Below are positions 39,590 to 53,400 of a stretch of 64,000 nucleotides of DNA, one piece after another. The position numbers and the translations under genes are program-made. Origin of the DNA: Monocercomonoides exilis PA203 (taxonomy: Eukaryota; Protista; Preaxostyla); contig LSRY02000024.1 of NCBI GenBank assembly GCA_001643675.2, positions 1,116,001 to 1,180,000 of the forward strand, written 5' to 3'. The notes beneath the pieces are model-generated. The model was not told where the DNA came from and did no database searches. It saw nothing but the letters and a program-made list of their open reading frames with translations. How positions within the stretch are numbered: the first letter of the stretch is position 1; the number at the start of each line of letters is the position of its first letter.

Positions 39590-39965
39590 ACTACCAAATA
39601 ATTGAACGAATTATTGTGAACCTGATTGAAGAGTCTGAAAGTGACTGAGTATTTTACGAATTACTCAATCATTCTCCAATTTATGGAACAATTGTGATGC
39701 TGAGACAATCAACATAAATCTGTCTAAATTCATTCAATAATCCGTAATTTTTTTGCAAAATATTGTCTCAGTTTATATCTCCACTTGTGTATTGTTTAAA
39801 ACATTTTTTTTTTAAAATGATTACTTAACCCAAACTTTTCGGACAATGCTTCAACGAAAAAAATTTCATCATTTTGGTGGTTCTTTTTGATATCATAACT
39901 ATTCTTTTTAAATTTCCGAATTAACCAATTGGGTCATAATTTTTGATATCGTAACTTTGTTCGAA
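39590..39965 (-). mobile_element. Possible pogo-like relic
   Basis: Two TTTTGATATC(A/G)TAACT motifs resemble the 18057/20079 inverted repeat. Weak peptide match: EFRQIYVDCLSI versus QFKEAEIDVVTF. Confidence 0.35.
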
Positions 39966-40999
39966 GAAAGATCTTTTTTTTTATAATTGTGGAAGAAAGT
40001 GAGAAAATCAAAAATACATGTAAATAAATGAATAGAAAAAGAATGGTGATTGAATTTTTGAAAACTTAGTTAATTTGCGATTATCTTGATAATTCCATTA
40101 TAACATTTATTTATTGAGTTTTTATTTATATCAAAATTATATTGCATAACATCTCCCTTCAAGCTCAGTTATTGAATATCATTGATTAATGTTTGAGTAT
40201 AATTTAACGATATTGCTTTTTTAATGCTTTTAATAAACCATCATCTTTATATTAATAAATAATTGTTTCATTAAATTTACATACGATATAACGAGATTTA
40301 TAAATTTATATATTGTCACTTAAAACTTTATTAATGTTATGAACGATCATAATTCAATTTAGGTCGATTCGAGAGGTTGAAGAGAGGCAATATAACTTGA
40401 AAAGGAATTAAAAACTGAAATGATGTTAATGGACTTTCTGATGGAAGTGACATAATTTCAAAGAAGAATGTGAATAATGGAGAAAAAATGTGATTCATAT
40501 AATCTGTTTGATGTTTTCCTCATTATTTTTTATTTATTGATTTATTTGGCTGATGATTTATATGTTGATTTGCATGTTTGTTTGTTTGCTTGGTGGGCAT
40601 TCTGCAAGAAATGGGAGGAGGAAATGGGAGGCGGAAATGGGGGTTGTGGTGGCTGCAAAATTTTTGAGCGCTTGGCAGTGGCAAGAAAGTGATGTTGATG
40701 AAGAAGGAAAGTTGAATGAGAAATGGAGAAGGTGGCAAAGTTGAGTGAAATTCCTGTTAAAATGATGAATACGCCAAAAGATTCTGTGAGGCGTTATAGC
40801 GGCAAGAAGAGGAGAGAAGAGGGAAAAGGAGGAACGAGTTGTGTGAGAGAGCGATGGAAAGGAGGAGCTTTGGAAGGATGGTTGCAAAGGAATGGAGGAG
40901 CTGCGAAGCACGTGGACTTAATTCCAAAGAGACAAAACAGGCGATGCTACAACGTTCGTTGATGCCTTTATCTTCATCACCATCGTATTTTTTTTTCCC

Positions 41000-41202
41000 T
41001 TCTTCTTCCTCTTCCTCTTCTTCATCTTCTTCATCTTCTTCCTCTTCTTCTTCTTCTTCATCTTCTTCCTCTTCTTCTTCTTCTTCATCTTCTTCCTCTT
41101 CTTCTTCTTCTTCTTCTCCTTCTCCTTCTCCTTCTCCTTCTCCTTCTCCTTCTTCTCTTTCTCTTTCTCTTTCTCTTTCTCTTTCTCTTTCTCTTTCTCT
41201 CT
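41000..41202. repeat. Compound microsatellite (TCT/TCC)n-(CCTTCT)n-(TTTCTC)n
   Basis: Directly visible, nearly pure pyrimidine tract. Confidence 0.9.
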
Positions 41203-41309
41203 CAATCTTCAAGGGATGCATCAAAACTCCCTTCAGAATTTCTTCCTCTTCTCCAATTTTTAAATAAAATATTTATATTGCCTTCAGATGCTACAAACGG
41301 ATTGTTTTA

Positions 41310-41570
41310 ATATTTGGAAATGGAAATGATGAATGAATAAACAGGCAGAGGAAAGCGTTTGGGTTGAATGTTTCTCTTCACTTGAATCAGCATCAACATC
41401 GTTGTTGCTGTTTTTGTTTCATTTTCAACATTCACTGAGGGTTTCTGATATTCCTTGAAAGCAAAGGAAGCATTGAGAAAACACCATTTTCTTTTTGCGA
41501 ATGAGCTGAAAAAAGGTTGTTTTGAGAAAAACATGCAAAGGGTGAATGAATACTTTGAAATGATAAATGT
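41310..41570 (+). pseudogene. ABCC-type transporter TMD fragment (decayed)
   Basis: Reads MFLFT*ISINIVVAVFVSFSTFTEGF*YSLKAKEAL...MQRVNEYF, resembling the end of ABCC TMD1. Confidence 0.45.
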
Positions 41571-41841
41571 TTGTCAACTCATTTTGGGAAGAACTTTGGT
41601 GAAAGAAAGAAGAAAATGGAGAAATTCATGATTTTTAATAAATTTATTATTTTCATTTGGAAAAACAAAAATTGAATCTTTTTTTTTTTTTTGTTGTTAT
41701 TTCTTCACTTCATTTTGATGAATCTGGGTAATAAATCACTTTAAGCAAACATATGAAAATTAATTTTTGTAACGTTTTGCGAAATGAATGAAAAAAGAGA
41801 AAGAGAAATTGTGAGTCATGAAATTCTAAGCATCTCATTCC

Positions 41842-43298
41842 TCAAACATTCACAAGATAATCTGAAATATTCAAAGATAAATTAATTCAATGTTTTTTTT
41901 AAAAAAGGAACGAAATGCTTTATGAAAGCTTGCGATTGTATCTTCGTATCCTTCTTCTTCCATCTTTTCAAGCATCTTCCTTTTTGTTGCCTTTCTGTTC
42001 ACTTCTTCCATTTCATCATCCTCCTTTTCTTTCAATCTTTTCGAAACATTCTCAAAGAATCCCAAGCAATTATAAACTGCACGTTCATTCAACGTTTGTC
42101 TCTGAATCTCCACCAAAACAGTATCGACAGCTTCTCCGTTCAGCAAGTCTTCAACTTTCACAACTCTATTTTCTGATGCATTCCTCAAGGGATAAGTGCA
42201 ATAATCTATAATATCTCTGCAATTATCCTTCGCTGCTTGATATATCCGAACAATGTTTTTGAGCAGCCCAACATTATCTTTATTCTTCAATCGACAACTT
42301 TGAAAATAAATTGCACATGTTTCGACCCATCTCATCAATGCCAATTCTTCTTTCGCTTCTTCTTTGCTCATTTCCTCTTCTTTCTTCTTCCAATTCACAT
42401 TTCTTGTCAGTTCTTCCAATTCTCTTGCTGCTTCTCTTCCGAAATGCAGCTCATTCGTAATTGTATCTTCCAAAAATCCATTGTTATAAAATCTGTATAT
42501 AAAAAATTGCCAGGCAGACTGATAAGCAAGTTTTGTGAGATTTCTGTGTTTCTGCTGATGTTTGATGATTTCTGTAATTTCCTTCAAATACAGTTCTTTT
42601 TCAATTTCCTAATAAATAATGAAAGAGAAATTCAAAAACTTCAAAAATAAAAATAAGCGATTTCAAACATAAAATTTACCGATCCTGCTCAAATCCAGCA
42701 AAGCAATTTCCACTTCCTTTTGTTTCGCCTCGCTTTCCTCTTTCTTCAATGCAACTTTAAGAAGGTCAGGAATACAAATTGAAAGTAATTCCGAAGACGG
42801 AACTCCGCTGTAAAACAAAAGATTGCATTCATAAATATCAGTCAGAAGCTTTTCATTCTTTTCTTTTTCTTTCTTTTCTTCTTCTTCCGTAATCTTTTGA
42901 AATCTTTCTCCAAGCGAAGACGAATCAAAGCATGGATTCCACACGTTTTTCAGCACATTGCAATATCCAACATGTTTCAGCAGCAAAATTGTACTTTCCA
43001 TTTGAAATTTTCTTTTCTTCAATCATCTTGTTCATCTTGTTAAACATTATAATTGATGAAATAGACCGAAGTTCTTTTTTGTTCATTTCCTCCACAAGTC
43101 CGTTCATTTCTTCGATTTTCGCTTTCTGCTCGCTTTCTGTGCAATGCTCAAGTTCAGAGAACATTTCTTCAATAAATTTATTTATGATGGAAAGCGCTGA
43201 ACACTCAAAAAAAGAAAAATGAACAAACTTGAAAACTTGTTTGCAAGAGATGGCCCTTGAACGTCATCATTGGATTTATCTTCATCGCGTATTTCCAT
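41842..43298 (-). pseudogene. Expanded helical hypothetical family, copy A (3 exons, two frameshifts)
   Basis: Paralogous to the copies at 48323 and 53612 (FSELE..EQK.KIEEMN, LAYQSAWQF, EKMEEEGYEDTIASFH, DY.VNV*). Frameshifts near 43003 and 41890. Confidence 0.85.
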
Positions 43299-43539
43299 TC
43301 AACTTGTTGCGTGAATGATCAATTTGTGCGTAACAGTATATTTAAAACAAAAAACAAAAAATAAACCATTGATGATTGTTGACAAAACAAAGATAAAGGC
43401 CAAACTCAATTCCTTTGATTAGTTAAAAAATAAATGTGAAATCGAAATCACAAAAAAGCCAACGGTATTAGCAGTATATAGCCAAATACTAAAGAATTTT
43501 ATTTCTTTCTGATCGAATCAACAATAATTTATTTTTAGG

Positions 43540-44550
43540 ATCTGGATGGCATTTCGAATGAAAACTTGAACGAATTGAGAAATACCCCACATATTTGCTG
43601 TTGAATGAAAATACATATGTATTTTTATTCCAACATTCTGAGTGGAACAAAGAAGGGGAAATTTTGTGCTTTTTTGAACTTTTCAAAAAAGTGACAAAAA
43701 AGCAACAGTTTGTTCATTAATCATGCGCACACTTCATTCTCCTCCAAATTAAAATTCAAACATAAATATTACACTTATTTCCCTCACATTTAGAGTTATT
43801 TGGAAGCTTTGCTTCATCGAAATGATTTTTTCTGTTATTTCAGAGTGTTTGCTTGTTTCCGTGAATGTTTCAAATAAAATGTGTTGAGAAAAGTTTTGAG
43901 ATATCTCGATAATTTTATAATTAGTTGCTTTCTTGAGTGGGTTGTTCAAGCTGAAGGAAGATTGGGAGGGAATCATACTTTCGACAATTCACATTTTTTT
44001 GATGATTGGGCGCATGATAATTGAACGCATAAGAGAATTTATCAAGGCAACAATGGACAGCATCGTTTATTGAGCATTGAAAGAGATTCTATTCCAAAAA
44101 GCTTTGAGGCTGAGCGAAGATGAAAGAATTCGAGATGGCAAAGGGAGATTGATGCAATATGCGGAACCAAGCTCATGCGGAATTTTGAGTACGTTTAAAT
44201 CTGTTAAAAACTTCATGGTGATGCCGCTTGACGTGTATTTATCTGTTAAGACGCTTGTTACGTTTTTCGGAAAATCATCATTTTTGGTTGTTTTGATGGT
44301 AATCATTGTTTCACCGATTTCTGTGTGGATTTCGAGGAAAACCTTGAAGCTACATGGGAGAAGAAGAAACGAATCAAAAAGACGGAACAGATAACGATAG
44401 AAATGTTTGATTTAATTAAGGTGTGTTATCCAATTTATGAAACAATTTTGCATTTTTTTATAATAATTAGAAAGAAGGAAATCATAAAATAATATAAAAA
44501 TAACTCAAACTTTTCAGAAATGATAATTTCATGTTTTCATTTTCATTTTT

Positions 44551-44586
<36 letters not shown>

Positions 44587-45190
44587 TTCTTTTCTTTTCT
44601 TTTATTTGTTTTGATGTTTCATCACTATTCTTTTGATTTTAGTTAATAAAAAATAAATGGTTGGGAAGAAATGATAAAAGGCAGACTGCTTCAATCAGAG
44701 AGGCGAGAAGTCGAGCATTTTTTTTAAAAATGGTATTGCCTCATTTGTAACTTCATATTTTTCTTTTTCTCTGTATTCTTTTCTTTGATAATTTTTTGGT
44801 TAATTTTGCGAATTTTAAAAATATGATTCACTCAAAAACGGATTCGTCTTGCAGATCCTTATCAATTCAGACTCAGCAACTTGCAGTAACTTGCGAAGGC
44901 ATTCACCCTCATCGAGCTTGTTGGCCTATGTTTTTTTTTACAGCATCTGCCTTTGAATGTGCCTTTTTTGTTTCTTTCCATCAAAATCGTTGAATCGCTC
45001 TGTTCATTGCTGAACAGCAGATGGATGGAGAGAAGAAGCATTAACAGAATGGAGATGCTGATGCAGTCACCAGGGTTTGCTGACAGATGCGAAGGGAAAG
45101 AAGGAGAAGAGGGAGAAGAGGAGGTTAGAGTTATCAGTTCGTTTGAAGAGGAAGTGAAGGAAGTGAATGGAAGAGATGAAAAGAAATGAA
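43540..45190 (+). pseudogene. Decayed intron-containing ABCC/MRP transporter TMD1, head-to-head with copy A
   Basis: Reads ALKEILFQKALRLS..R..GKGRLMQY, MPLDVYLSVKTLVTFFGKSS..VSPISVWISRK, EMFDLIK|intron 44421-44642|LIK.NGWEE and SINRMEMLMQS in ABCC order, with stops and frameshifts. Confidence 0.75.
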
Positions 45191-46999
45191 GAGGAAATGT
45201 TGAAAAAAAAGAGAATACGAAAAAGACGAGAAAGACAGAAAGACAGAAATAAATAAAGAGGAAATATGATGAATGTTTGGATGAATACAAAAAACTCGAT
45301 GGAAGAAACAATAAAAAACACTTTTCAATAGAAGAGCAGAAATGCTATTTGGATGGGAAAAGCAATAGATTTCATTCAAAAGGGGAAGGAAAGGCTTGTC
45401 AAAAAGAGCGAAAGAAATGAAAGGAAAAATCGGGAAATGATTCATTTTATTGGAGAATTAGGTGAAAAGTGGAATATTACTTGCTAATTTCAAATTATTT
45501 TAATGATAAAAATCTTGCTTTTCATTTGAAAAAGAAAAATCTTCTCTTTTTATTTCATTTCTGTTCTTTTTTTTTTTATTTAATTTTTTTCTGTTAAGAG
45601 CAATAAAATAAAAATTAATTCTTTCATGGATTTTTTCAAAAAGTTATTCATAGAACTTCTTCAAAGATACTTCAAAACGAAGGGATGACTATTAAATGCT
45701 GGCTAACAACATTAACATTGAACTACAACAATATAATCAAAAAATTTAGATAATTATCTCGATTTTCCAATTTTCTTTTAAAAAATTGCTTTTCAATCCA
45801 TTCAACAAAAAAAGAAATTCGCTCGTTGAATGTATCAAAAACGCAAAGTTTTTAAAAAATGACAAAAATAAATATTTTCTTTTTAATAATTAATAAATAA
45901 TTTCATTAAGAGAACAAAAGAAAACTATTTCTTTCGATTTCAACTGAAGGAAAGAGATGAGAAACACTAAAGTACAATTTTGAAAGTCATTCAAAGATAA
46001 AAAAAGAAAAAATTTCAAAGAAAGAGAGAGAGAGAAAGAAATGAAAAATTTAACAAACAAAGCCAGAAACTAATTCACAACATTCAAAAAATTGAAGCAT
46101 CAAGGTACTAAGCAGTCTAAAAAAAATGAAAGAAAGAAAAAGAAAAAGAACATGAAATCTTATTTTTCGTTCTTCAAATGAAATTTCTTCCGCTTCGCGT
46201 CTTTCCTTAATATAAATTCAATTCTTTTTTCATTTCCGTTTCATTTCATTTCTTTTAATGAAATCTCACAATTTCTTTCATTAACTCCAACAATTCTCTG
46301 AAATATGCCATTTCTTCAAATCTTTCTCTCTTTCTCTCTTTCTTTCATCCAATACGAAAACGATTTCCTTTTCTTCAATGCATTTTTATATACTTCAATT
46401 TTCCCTGTTCAATCAGAAAATCTTTGTTTTCAGCACAAATGAACAATTTCCAGTGAAATTTCTACAAACAACAGAAGATGCTGAAGGAAATGGCATAAAT
46501 AAAACAATCCTTTTGAAACAAATTCCCTTCAATTAGCTTTCTCTCTCTCTCTCTTTCAACATGCGTTTGTTCAACACTCATCATTTTGTTCTTCATTTTC
46601 CTTCTTCCTAATTTCTTTCCTTCTTTCTTTCCTTTTTTTTCTTTCCTTTCTTTTCTCTTTCTCTTCAGATGCATCAGTTTCTTTGAAATATTCTCTACCC
46701 ATTTTCATATCTTCTATTTGATTATTCGGATAAAGGAGATGCAATATTTTTTTTATATAAATCCATTCATATTCGTCTCTAATTCATTTCCTTGTAATCC
46801 TTCTCCATTCAACACAGAAGAAGAAGAAGAAGAAGATGAAGGAGAAGATGAAGGAGAAGATGATGATGATGAAGAAACAGATAGAATGGAAGGAGGAGGT
46901 GGAGGTGGAGGAGGAGGAGAAGATGTTTAAGAATAGGAAGAAGAAGAAGATGATGAAGTTTGTGCTGAATGATCAGAATGCAACACAATAACAGTATTC

Positions 47000-47850
47000 G
47001 CAAACAGAATTCATTCATCAGCAGATATGAAGAAAGAACGAAAGAACGAAAGAACGAAAGAACGAAAGAGAAGCTGAAAGAGAAATGGAATGAAATGAGT
47101 TGGATGGAGCTCTTCTGGAGGAAGTTGAGCGACAAATGTGGACAAGACTCATTTGAAGAAAATGAAGACACAATGAACAGATACGAATTTCATAACAGCC
47201 AACAGCAGCAACAGACAGCAGTTTCATTGTGTGTTGCAACATGAGAATTTGATGGCTATTCAAACAACAAAATTCTCAAATAACAAGAGGATGTTCTTTT
47301 CATCAACCATGCAAAAATATCATCAATGAAGAGATTGAAGGAGAATGAGAAGAAACCATATAATCTTCAAAAATGCTGCTTGAAATGGATTGTTCCTGTG
47401 AATGACACTCAACATGAAAAATGCTGTTGATTGGAATGGAAAAATGATTAAAAAAATACATAAAATTGTTTGTTTTGCATTTATTAAAAAAACTCCTGAA
47501 AAATACAGACATACCATTCCAATCACAAATGCAGAAGATTGTCCAACCACTGTGCTGTCAATCTCCTTTTCCATTGTTTCGCAGTGCTTCTTTCTCCATC
47601 ATCCTTTTCCCCCTAAATATCCTGCTTTCGTTAATGCTTTAAACTGTCTGTTCAAATGAAATATAACTTTGTTTTTTTCTTTCCAAGTGCTTTCCAATTG
47701 TTGACATTCCTTTTCGCTCTCATCAAAATGCTTTTCAATCGAATATGTTTTCTTCCCTTGTTCCAATTGAATTCAAAAAAATATGCAATTCCCATCTGCT
47801 GACTGTATGTCGACATTCGGCATTCTTCTGATGTTCTCCTTAGAAAAACA
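47000..47850 (-). pseudogene. Decayed membrane-protein gene, probably ABCC N-terminal part, head-to-head with copy B
   Basis: Hydrophobic segments. LEQGKK..LESTWKEK is lasso-like and HQILMLQHTMKLLS resembles KEILFQKALRLS. Many stops. Confidence 0.4.
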
Positions 47851-48322
47851 AAAAAATGGCCATTTTTAAAATCTATCAGATTCTTGGGCTCTGAAAAGAT
47901 GGTTTATAAAAGAATCTTCAAAACAAACAAGAACAATAAAAAACGCATACATGTGAATATTTTGATTTTCAAAAAAATGTTGAATTTCCTTTAAAGATAC
48001 TTTTCATAAAAATCATTTCGCACAATTCCATCATCAATTCCCCGCCGTCGCTGTCTCGTTCCAACGCACAAAATAATATCGCTAATTCCGCAGAAAACAT
48101 CTGCTCATCCATCTCTCATTTCAACAAGGAATATTTTTGTTTTTTCAAATCTGATGATCTGTATATCCATTACTGCATACAAGAAATAAGATTTTTCGTT
48201 TTTTTCTTTCTTTGTTTGTTTATAACGCCTTGCCAAATATCACCAACAACGCAGAATGGTATAACAACTTATGCTTTCATGATTATTTTGAGTTAATATT
48301 TTGCGCCGATTTCTTCTTTCCA

Positions 48323-49814
48323 ATGGGATCCGAATTCAAATCAAATGACGAATTTTCGTTGTTTTCTGTCTGCAATGTGCTTTCAAAAATGCAGTCAACG
48401 AGTAGAATCAAAAGGTTTAATGGTTTGTGCTTGTTATTGCATTAAAATTCATGATTATTGCGATTTAATTTATTCTTTATTTATTTGAAGAATTGTTTTG
48501 TGAACTGGAGCGTAGCAATGAAGATGAACAGAAACAGAAAATTGAGGAAATGGATGAAATGATTAATGAAATGAATGAAATAGAATTAAGATCAATTTCC
48601 TCGAAAATACTCTTCAATAAAATTCACCAAATGATTGAAGAAAGGAAATTGTTATTGGAAAATGCAATCTTGTTGTTGAAGAATATTGGATATTGCAAAG
48701 TTATAAAAAATAATTGGCTTTCCGGTTTTCAAGAGACTTCATTGAACAAAATATTTGAGAAGATGATTATTGAAGAAGAAAAGAAAAAAGAAGAAAAGGA
48801 CGAAAAGCATTTAGCTGATCTTTATGAATGCTTCATATCTTTGAGCTTCGATTTCCCACAAGGATTAATTTTAATGTGTGTATCTTGTCTTCTGAAAGTT
48901 GCATTGAAGAAAGAAGAAGATAAGGAAACACAAAAAGAAGTGGAAATGGCTCTTTTGGCATTGAGTTGCATTTACTCACATTATGTTTAAACATTTTTAT
49001 TTTATTTTTAACGTTTTTGAATTTCTTTTCTTTTTTTAAAGAAAATTCAACAAAAACAGTTCTTGAAGGAAATCAAAGAAATCATCAAATATCATCAGAA
49101 ACATCACAATCTGACTCAACTCGCCTATCAGTGTGCTTTGGACTTTTTGATTTGCAGATTGAATGCCGACGGAATCTTGGAAGAAGTTATTGTGAATGAA
49201 CTGCATTTTGGAAGAGAAGCAACAAGAGAATTGGAAGAACTGATAAAATGTGTGAATTGGAAGAGAAAAGAAGAAGAGAATGAAAAGAGAAGAAAAGAAA
49301 CGAAAAAAAAGAGCTTATTTTGAGAAGATGGCTCCAAACATTGAACATTTTATTTTCCTCATGCAAATTGTGGAACGAAGAACTTGCAAAGCTAATAGAC
49401 TGCATTGTGAGAGTATTTCGAGCATCTAAAGATTATTACATAGAAATTTACTATCAGAGTATTGATACATTGGAAAAGATAACGGATAAAAGAAATGTGA
49501 AAATTGATGCATTGCTGAAGAGCGGAGCTATTGATGCTGTTTTTTCGGAGATTCAGCGACCAACACTGAATTACAAAACAGAATTTCTTTGCTTGCGATT
49601 CTTTATGAATATTTCAGAAAGACTAAAAGACGCGGAGAAAGATGAAAAAGAAGAAGCGAAAAGAAACCCAACCAAAATGGAGATATTTGAAAAGATGGAA
49701 GAAGAGGGATACTTAGATACCATTGCAAGCTTTCATGAAGTTTTTGATTTTCTCAACGAACATTATTTGAATGATTTATCGTTGGATGTTTCTGATTATT
49801 TTACGAATGTCTGA
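48323..49814 (+). pseudogene. Expanded helical hypothetical family, copy B (3 exons, one frameshift in an A8 run at 49303-49310)
   Basis: Same motifs and intron positions as copies A and C. The frameshift could be a homopolymer sequencing error. Confidence 0.8.
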
Positions 49815-50199
49815 GGAAATGGTGCGTTTCATATTTTGTAATTCAAAAATGAAATATTTTTTTTTTTTTATCGGTTGATGATTTTTCAAAACTTTGAATA
49901 TGTTTTCTTTATAAAAGCGGAATTTTTTAAATAGATTATCTAACATTTTTTCTGATTGTTCTGTAAATGTTTGAGGAAATGAGATGAAATTTATTCTGTA
50001 AATCAAAATTATTTTTTATTTTTCTTTCAGCATCGTATCACAATTCTGCAAACCTCGAGCGAGTTTTATATCTTTGTTTGTTTTAGATTTTGTGAAATGA
50101 TAAAAATATTCATTAAAATCTTATTTCAAAAGCCGGTTTTTTATAATTTTGAAACGGAGCAAAGCAAAAAAAATGAAGAGAAAGAAGAAGAAGAATATG

Positions 50200-50621
50200 A
50201 AGATGACGACGAAAGAAGAAGAAGAAGAAGGTGAAGCAGAAGGTGAAGCAGGTGAGGAAGAAGAAGAAGAAGAAGAAGAAGAAGAAGAAGAAGAAGAAGA
50301 AGAAGAAGAAGAAGAAGAAGAGGAGGAGGAGGAGGAGGAGGAGGAGGAGGAAGAAGAAGAAGAAGAAGAGAAAATTGTAGAGGGGAGGAAAGAGACGGAG
50401 GAGGTGTAGAAAGTGGAGGAGGAGATAATGGAGAAGAAGAAGAAGAAGAAGAAGAAGAAGAAAATGATGATGATGAGGAGGAGGATCCAAACGAGGAGAA
50501 GGAGAAGGAGAATGTGGAGGAGGAAGAGAAAGAAGGAGAAGAAGAAGAAGATTCAGAGGAAGATGAAGACGAAGATGACGATGAAGATGAAGAAGATGAA
50601 GATGAAGAAGAAGAAGAAGAA

Positions 50622-50654
<33 letters not shown>

Positions 50655-51300
50655 GGACGAGGTGAACGAATGTTAGATGAATATGATGTGCCAGAAGCAT
50701 TCGATGGAGAAGGAGAGCGGGCAGACGAAGGAGGAGGAGGAGGAGAAAACGAAGAGTACGAAGAAAAAGAGGAAGGAGAAGAAGGAAGCACCTGGAAGAA
50801 TGAGCGGGCTGTTGATTGAAGAGAAAGCGAGGTGAAAGGAAAGACGGCAGGAGAAGACGAAGGTTTTGGAGAAGTTGGAGGGAGCGGTGAAGAAAAAGGA
50901 CGGAGCGACGTGAACGGAGAAGAAGGGCTTTGAAGTGAAGGCGATGGAGATGATGAAGCGAATGAACGAGGAGAAAGAGAAGAGGAGAAAGTGGAAGAAG
51001 AAGAAGAAGAATGAGAAAGAGAAGAAGGAGAAGAGGAGGAGGAGGAGGAGGAGGAGGAGGAAGAAGAAGAATTTGATAAGTTAATATTCATATCAGCTTT
51101 TTCAATGGAAAGTGGGTAATAAAAAGATGAAGAAGAAAAAGATGATGATGAAAAGGAGGAAGAGGAAGAGGAAGAGGAATTTGAGGAAGAAGGAGAAAAT
51201 GATGAAAGAGAAAGAGAAGGAGAAAGAGAAGGAGAGGGAGAGGGAGAGGGAAAGGATGAGGAATAAGAGGAGGAAGAGGAAAAGGAGGAGAAAGAGAGAA
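50200..51300. repeat. Long purine-rich (GAA/GAG/GAT)n low-complexity tract (poly-Ser on the minus strand)
   Basis: Includes about 20 perfect GAA units at ~50258-50320, followed by GAG and GAT runs. Confidence 0.9.
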
Positions 51301-51949
51301 AAGGCAGCTTGGTTGATTTGGAGATGAAGAAGAAGGATAACGACATTTGCAATGAAGGTGATGTCAGCGAAGTGTCAATCGAAGAAGATGAGTGTTGAAT
51401 TACATGAGAAGTTGTTTATCTTTTGAATGTGAATGCCCAGCCAGCCCATCTGCTCCGACAAAAGAGTCGCTTCTGCCAAACACTCTCATTACAAATATCC
51501 CAAACAAACTGCTTCTTCTTTTTCAAGCTCATGTCAAGCATTGTCAGGCTATGCAGCATTCAAAGCAAATGGCAGAAGTCACGAATGCCATCGTTGAGTG
51601 CAATCCAAACAATAGATAACCTCAAAACTTCTGAATCTTTCGTGAAATGAAAAGAAGATTTCTTTCCATGGAATTCCTGTTCATGGCCAATCTGTATTCA
51701 TTGAAAAAACATCTTTAAAGAAAAATGAATGAAATAAAAAAAAGTCAAACCATTTTGTTTTTTGGCCTTGAAATATTTTCCCATCTCCAATGGATTGGTA
51801 ATTATCAGCCCAGATGGCTTTCTTGTTCTCCAAAATTTCCTCTTGCCACATTTTAAAAAATCAGATAACAAAACAACAAATGGCTGGCAAAGAACATCAT
51901 TGAAGGAAGAGAATCTATCTTCAGTCATGTCATGATATCAGATGAAAAC

Positions 51950-53400
51950 ACACATTCTCCACTCCTTCTTTTAACTGACTGATAATTCTAACCTCTTCTT
52001 CTTCTTCTCACCTTCTCATCTGCAAACAGACTCGGCTGACTGCAGAAACATCTCCAATGTGTTTGCATCTGCTTTCTTCAATTTGGATTCTCTCCATTTA
52101 TTTTCTTAACGATTTCGACAATTCAGATGGAAGGAAACAAGACAAACACTTTCAAAAGGCAAATGTTGTCAAAAGCTCAATGAAATAAATAAGATGAATA
52201 TGAGCGCATTCACAAAGCGATTGAATGTTGCTTCAGATGGAATTGATGAGAAGCTGCAAGAAGAAACAGTTTATGAGCGAAGGTTCATAAAAGCTTGAAA
52301 ACAAATCAAAAAATAGAAAAAGAAGAGAAAGACAATAGAAAAAGAAAGTGTAATTGAAAATGTGAAATTATTATTGTCCAAAAAGAATAAGTAATTTTTT
52401 ATATTTTTTATGATTTCTTTCTTTCTTTCTTTTTCTTATGTTAATTTTTCAAAAAAAAAAAACATTGCAAATGCAACAATAAATTGGATAACACACCTTA
52501 ATTAAATCAAACATTTCTATCGTTATCTGTTCCGTCTTTTTGATTCGTTTCTTCTTCTCCCATGTAGCTTCAAGGTTTTCCTCGAAATCCACACCGAAAT
52601 CGGTGAATCAACAATAACCATCAAAACAACCAAAAATGATGACTTTCAATAGAATGCAACAAGCGTCTTTACAGATAAATACATATTATGTGGCAATCAC
52701 ATAAAACAATTAATGTATTGAAATGAACTTAAAAATTCGATTGTAATTTGATTCCAATATTGCAATAATCTCCCTTTGCCATCTCAAATTCTTTCTTCTT
52801 CTCTCAGCCTCAAAGCCTTTTGGAATAAAATCACTTTCAATGCTCAATAAACGATGCCGACCATTGTTGCCTTGATAAATTCTCTTATGCGTTCAATTAT
52901 CATGCGCCCAATCATCAAAAAAATGTGAATTGTCGAAAGTATGATTCCCTCCCAATCTTCCTTCAGCTTGAACAACCCACTCAAGAAAGCAACTAATTAT
53001 AAAATTATCGAGATATCTCAAAACTTTGATCAACACATTTTATTTGAAACATTCACGGAAACAAGCAAACACTCTGAAATAACAGAAAAAATCATTTCGA
53101 TGAAGCAAAGCTTCCAGATAACTCTAAAATGAGTGCAAAAATTGAAATGCTAATGCTTAATGCAGTGATGTGGCATGCACCTAATTAATGAACAAACTGG
53201 TGCTTTTTTGAAGCTTTTTTGAAAAGTTCTTTTCAAAGTCCTTTCGCTTCTTCTTCATTTGCTCAGAATGTTGGAATAAAAATATATATGTATTTTCATT
53301 CAACAGCAAATATGTGGGGTATTTCTCAATTCGTTCAAGTTTTCATTCGAAATTCAATCCATTTCCATGAAATGGATTATTGTTGGTTCGATCAGACAGA
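51950..53400 (-). pseudogene. Second copy of the decayed ABCC TMD1, head-to-head with copy C
   Basis: Reverse-complement paralog of 43540-45190. Reads LEMFLQSAE (ABCC R..FL..E motif) and has the same GTGTGT donor at 52496. Confidence 0.75.
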
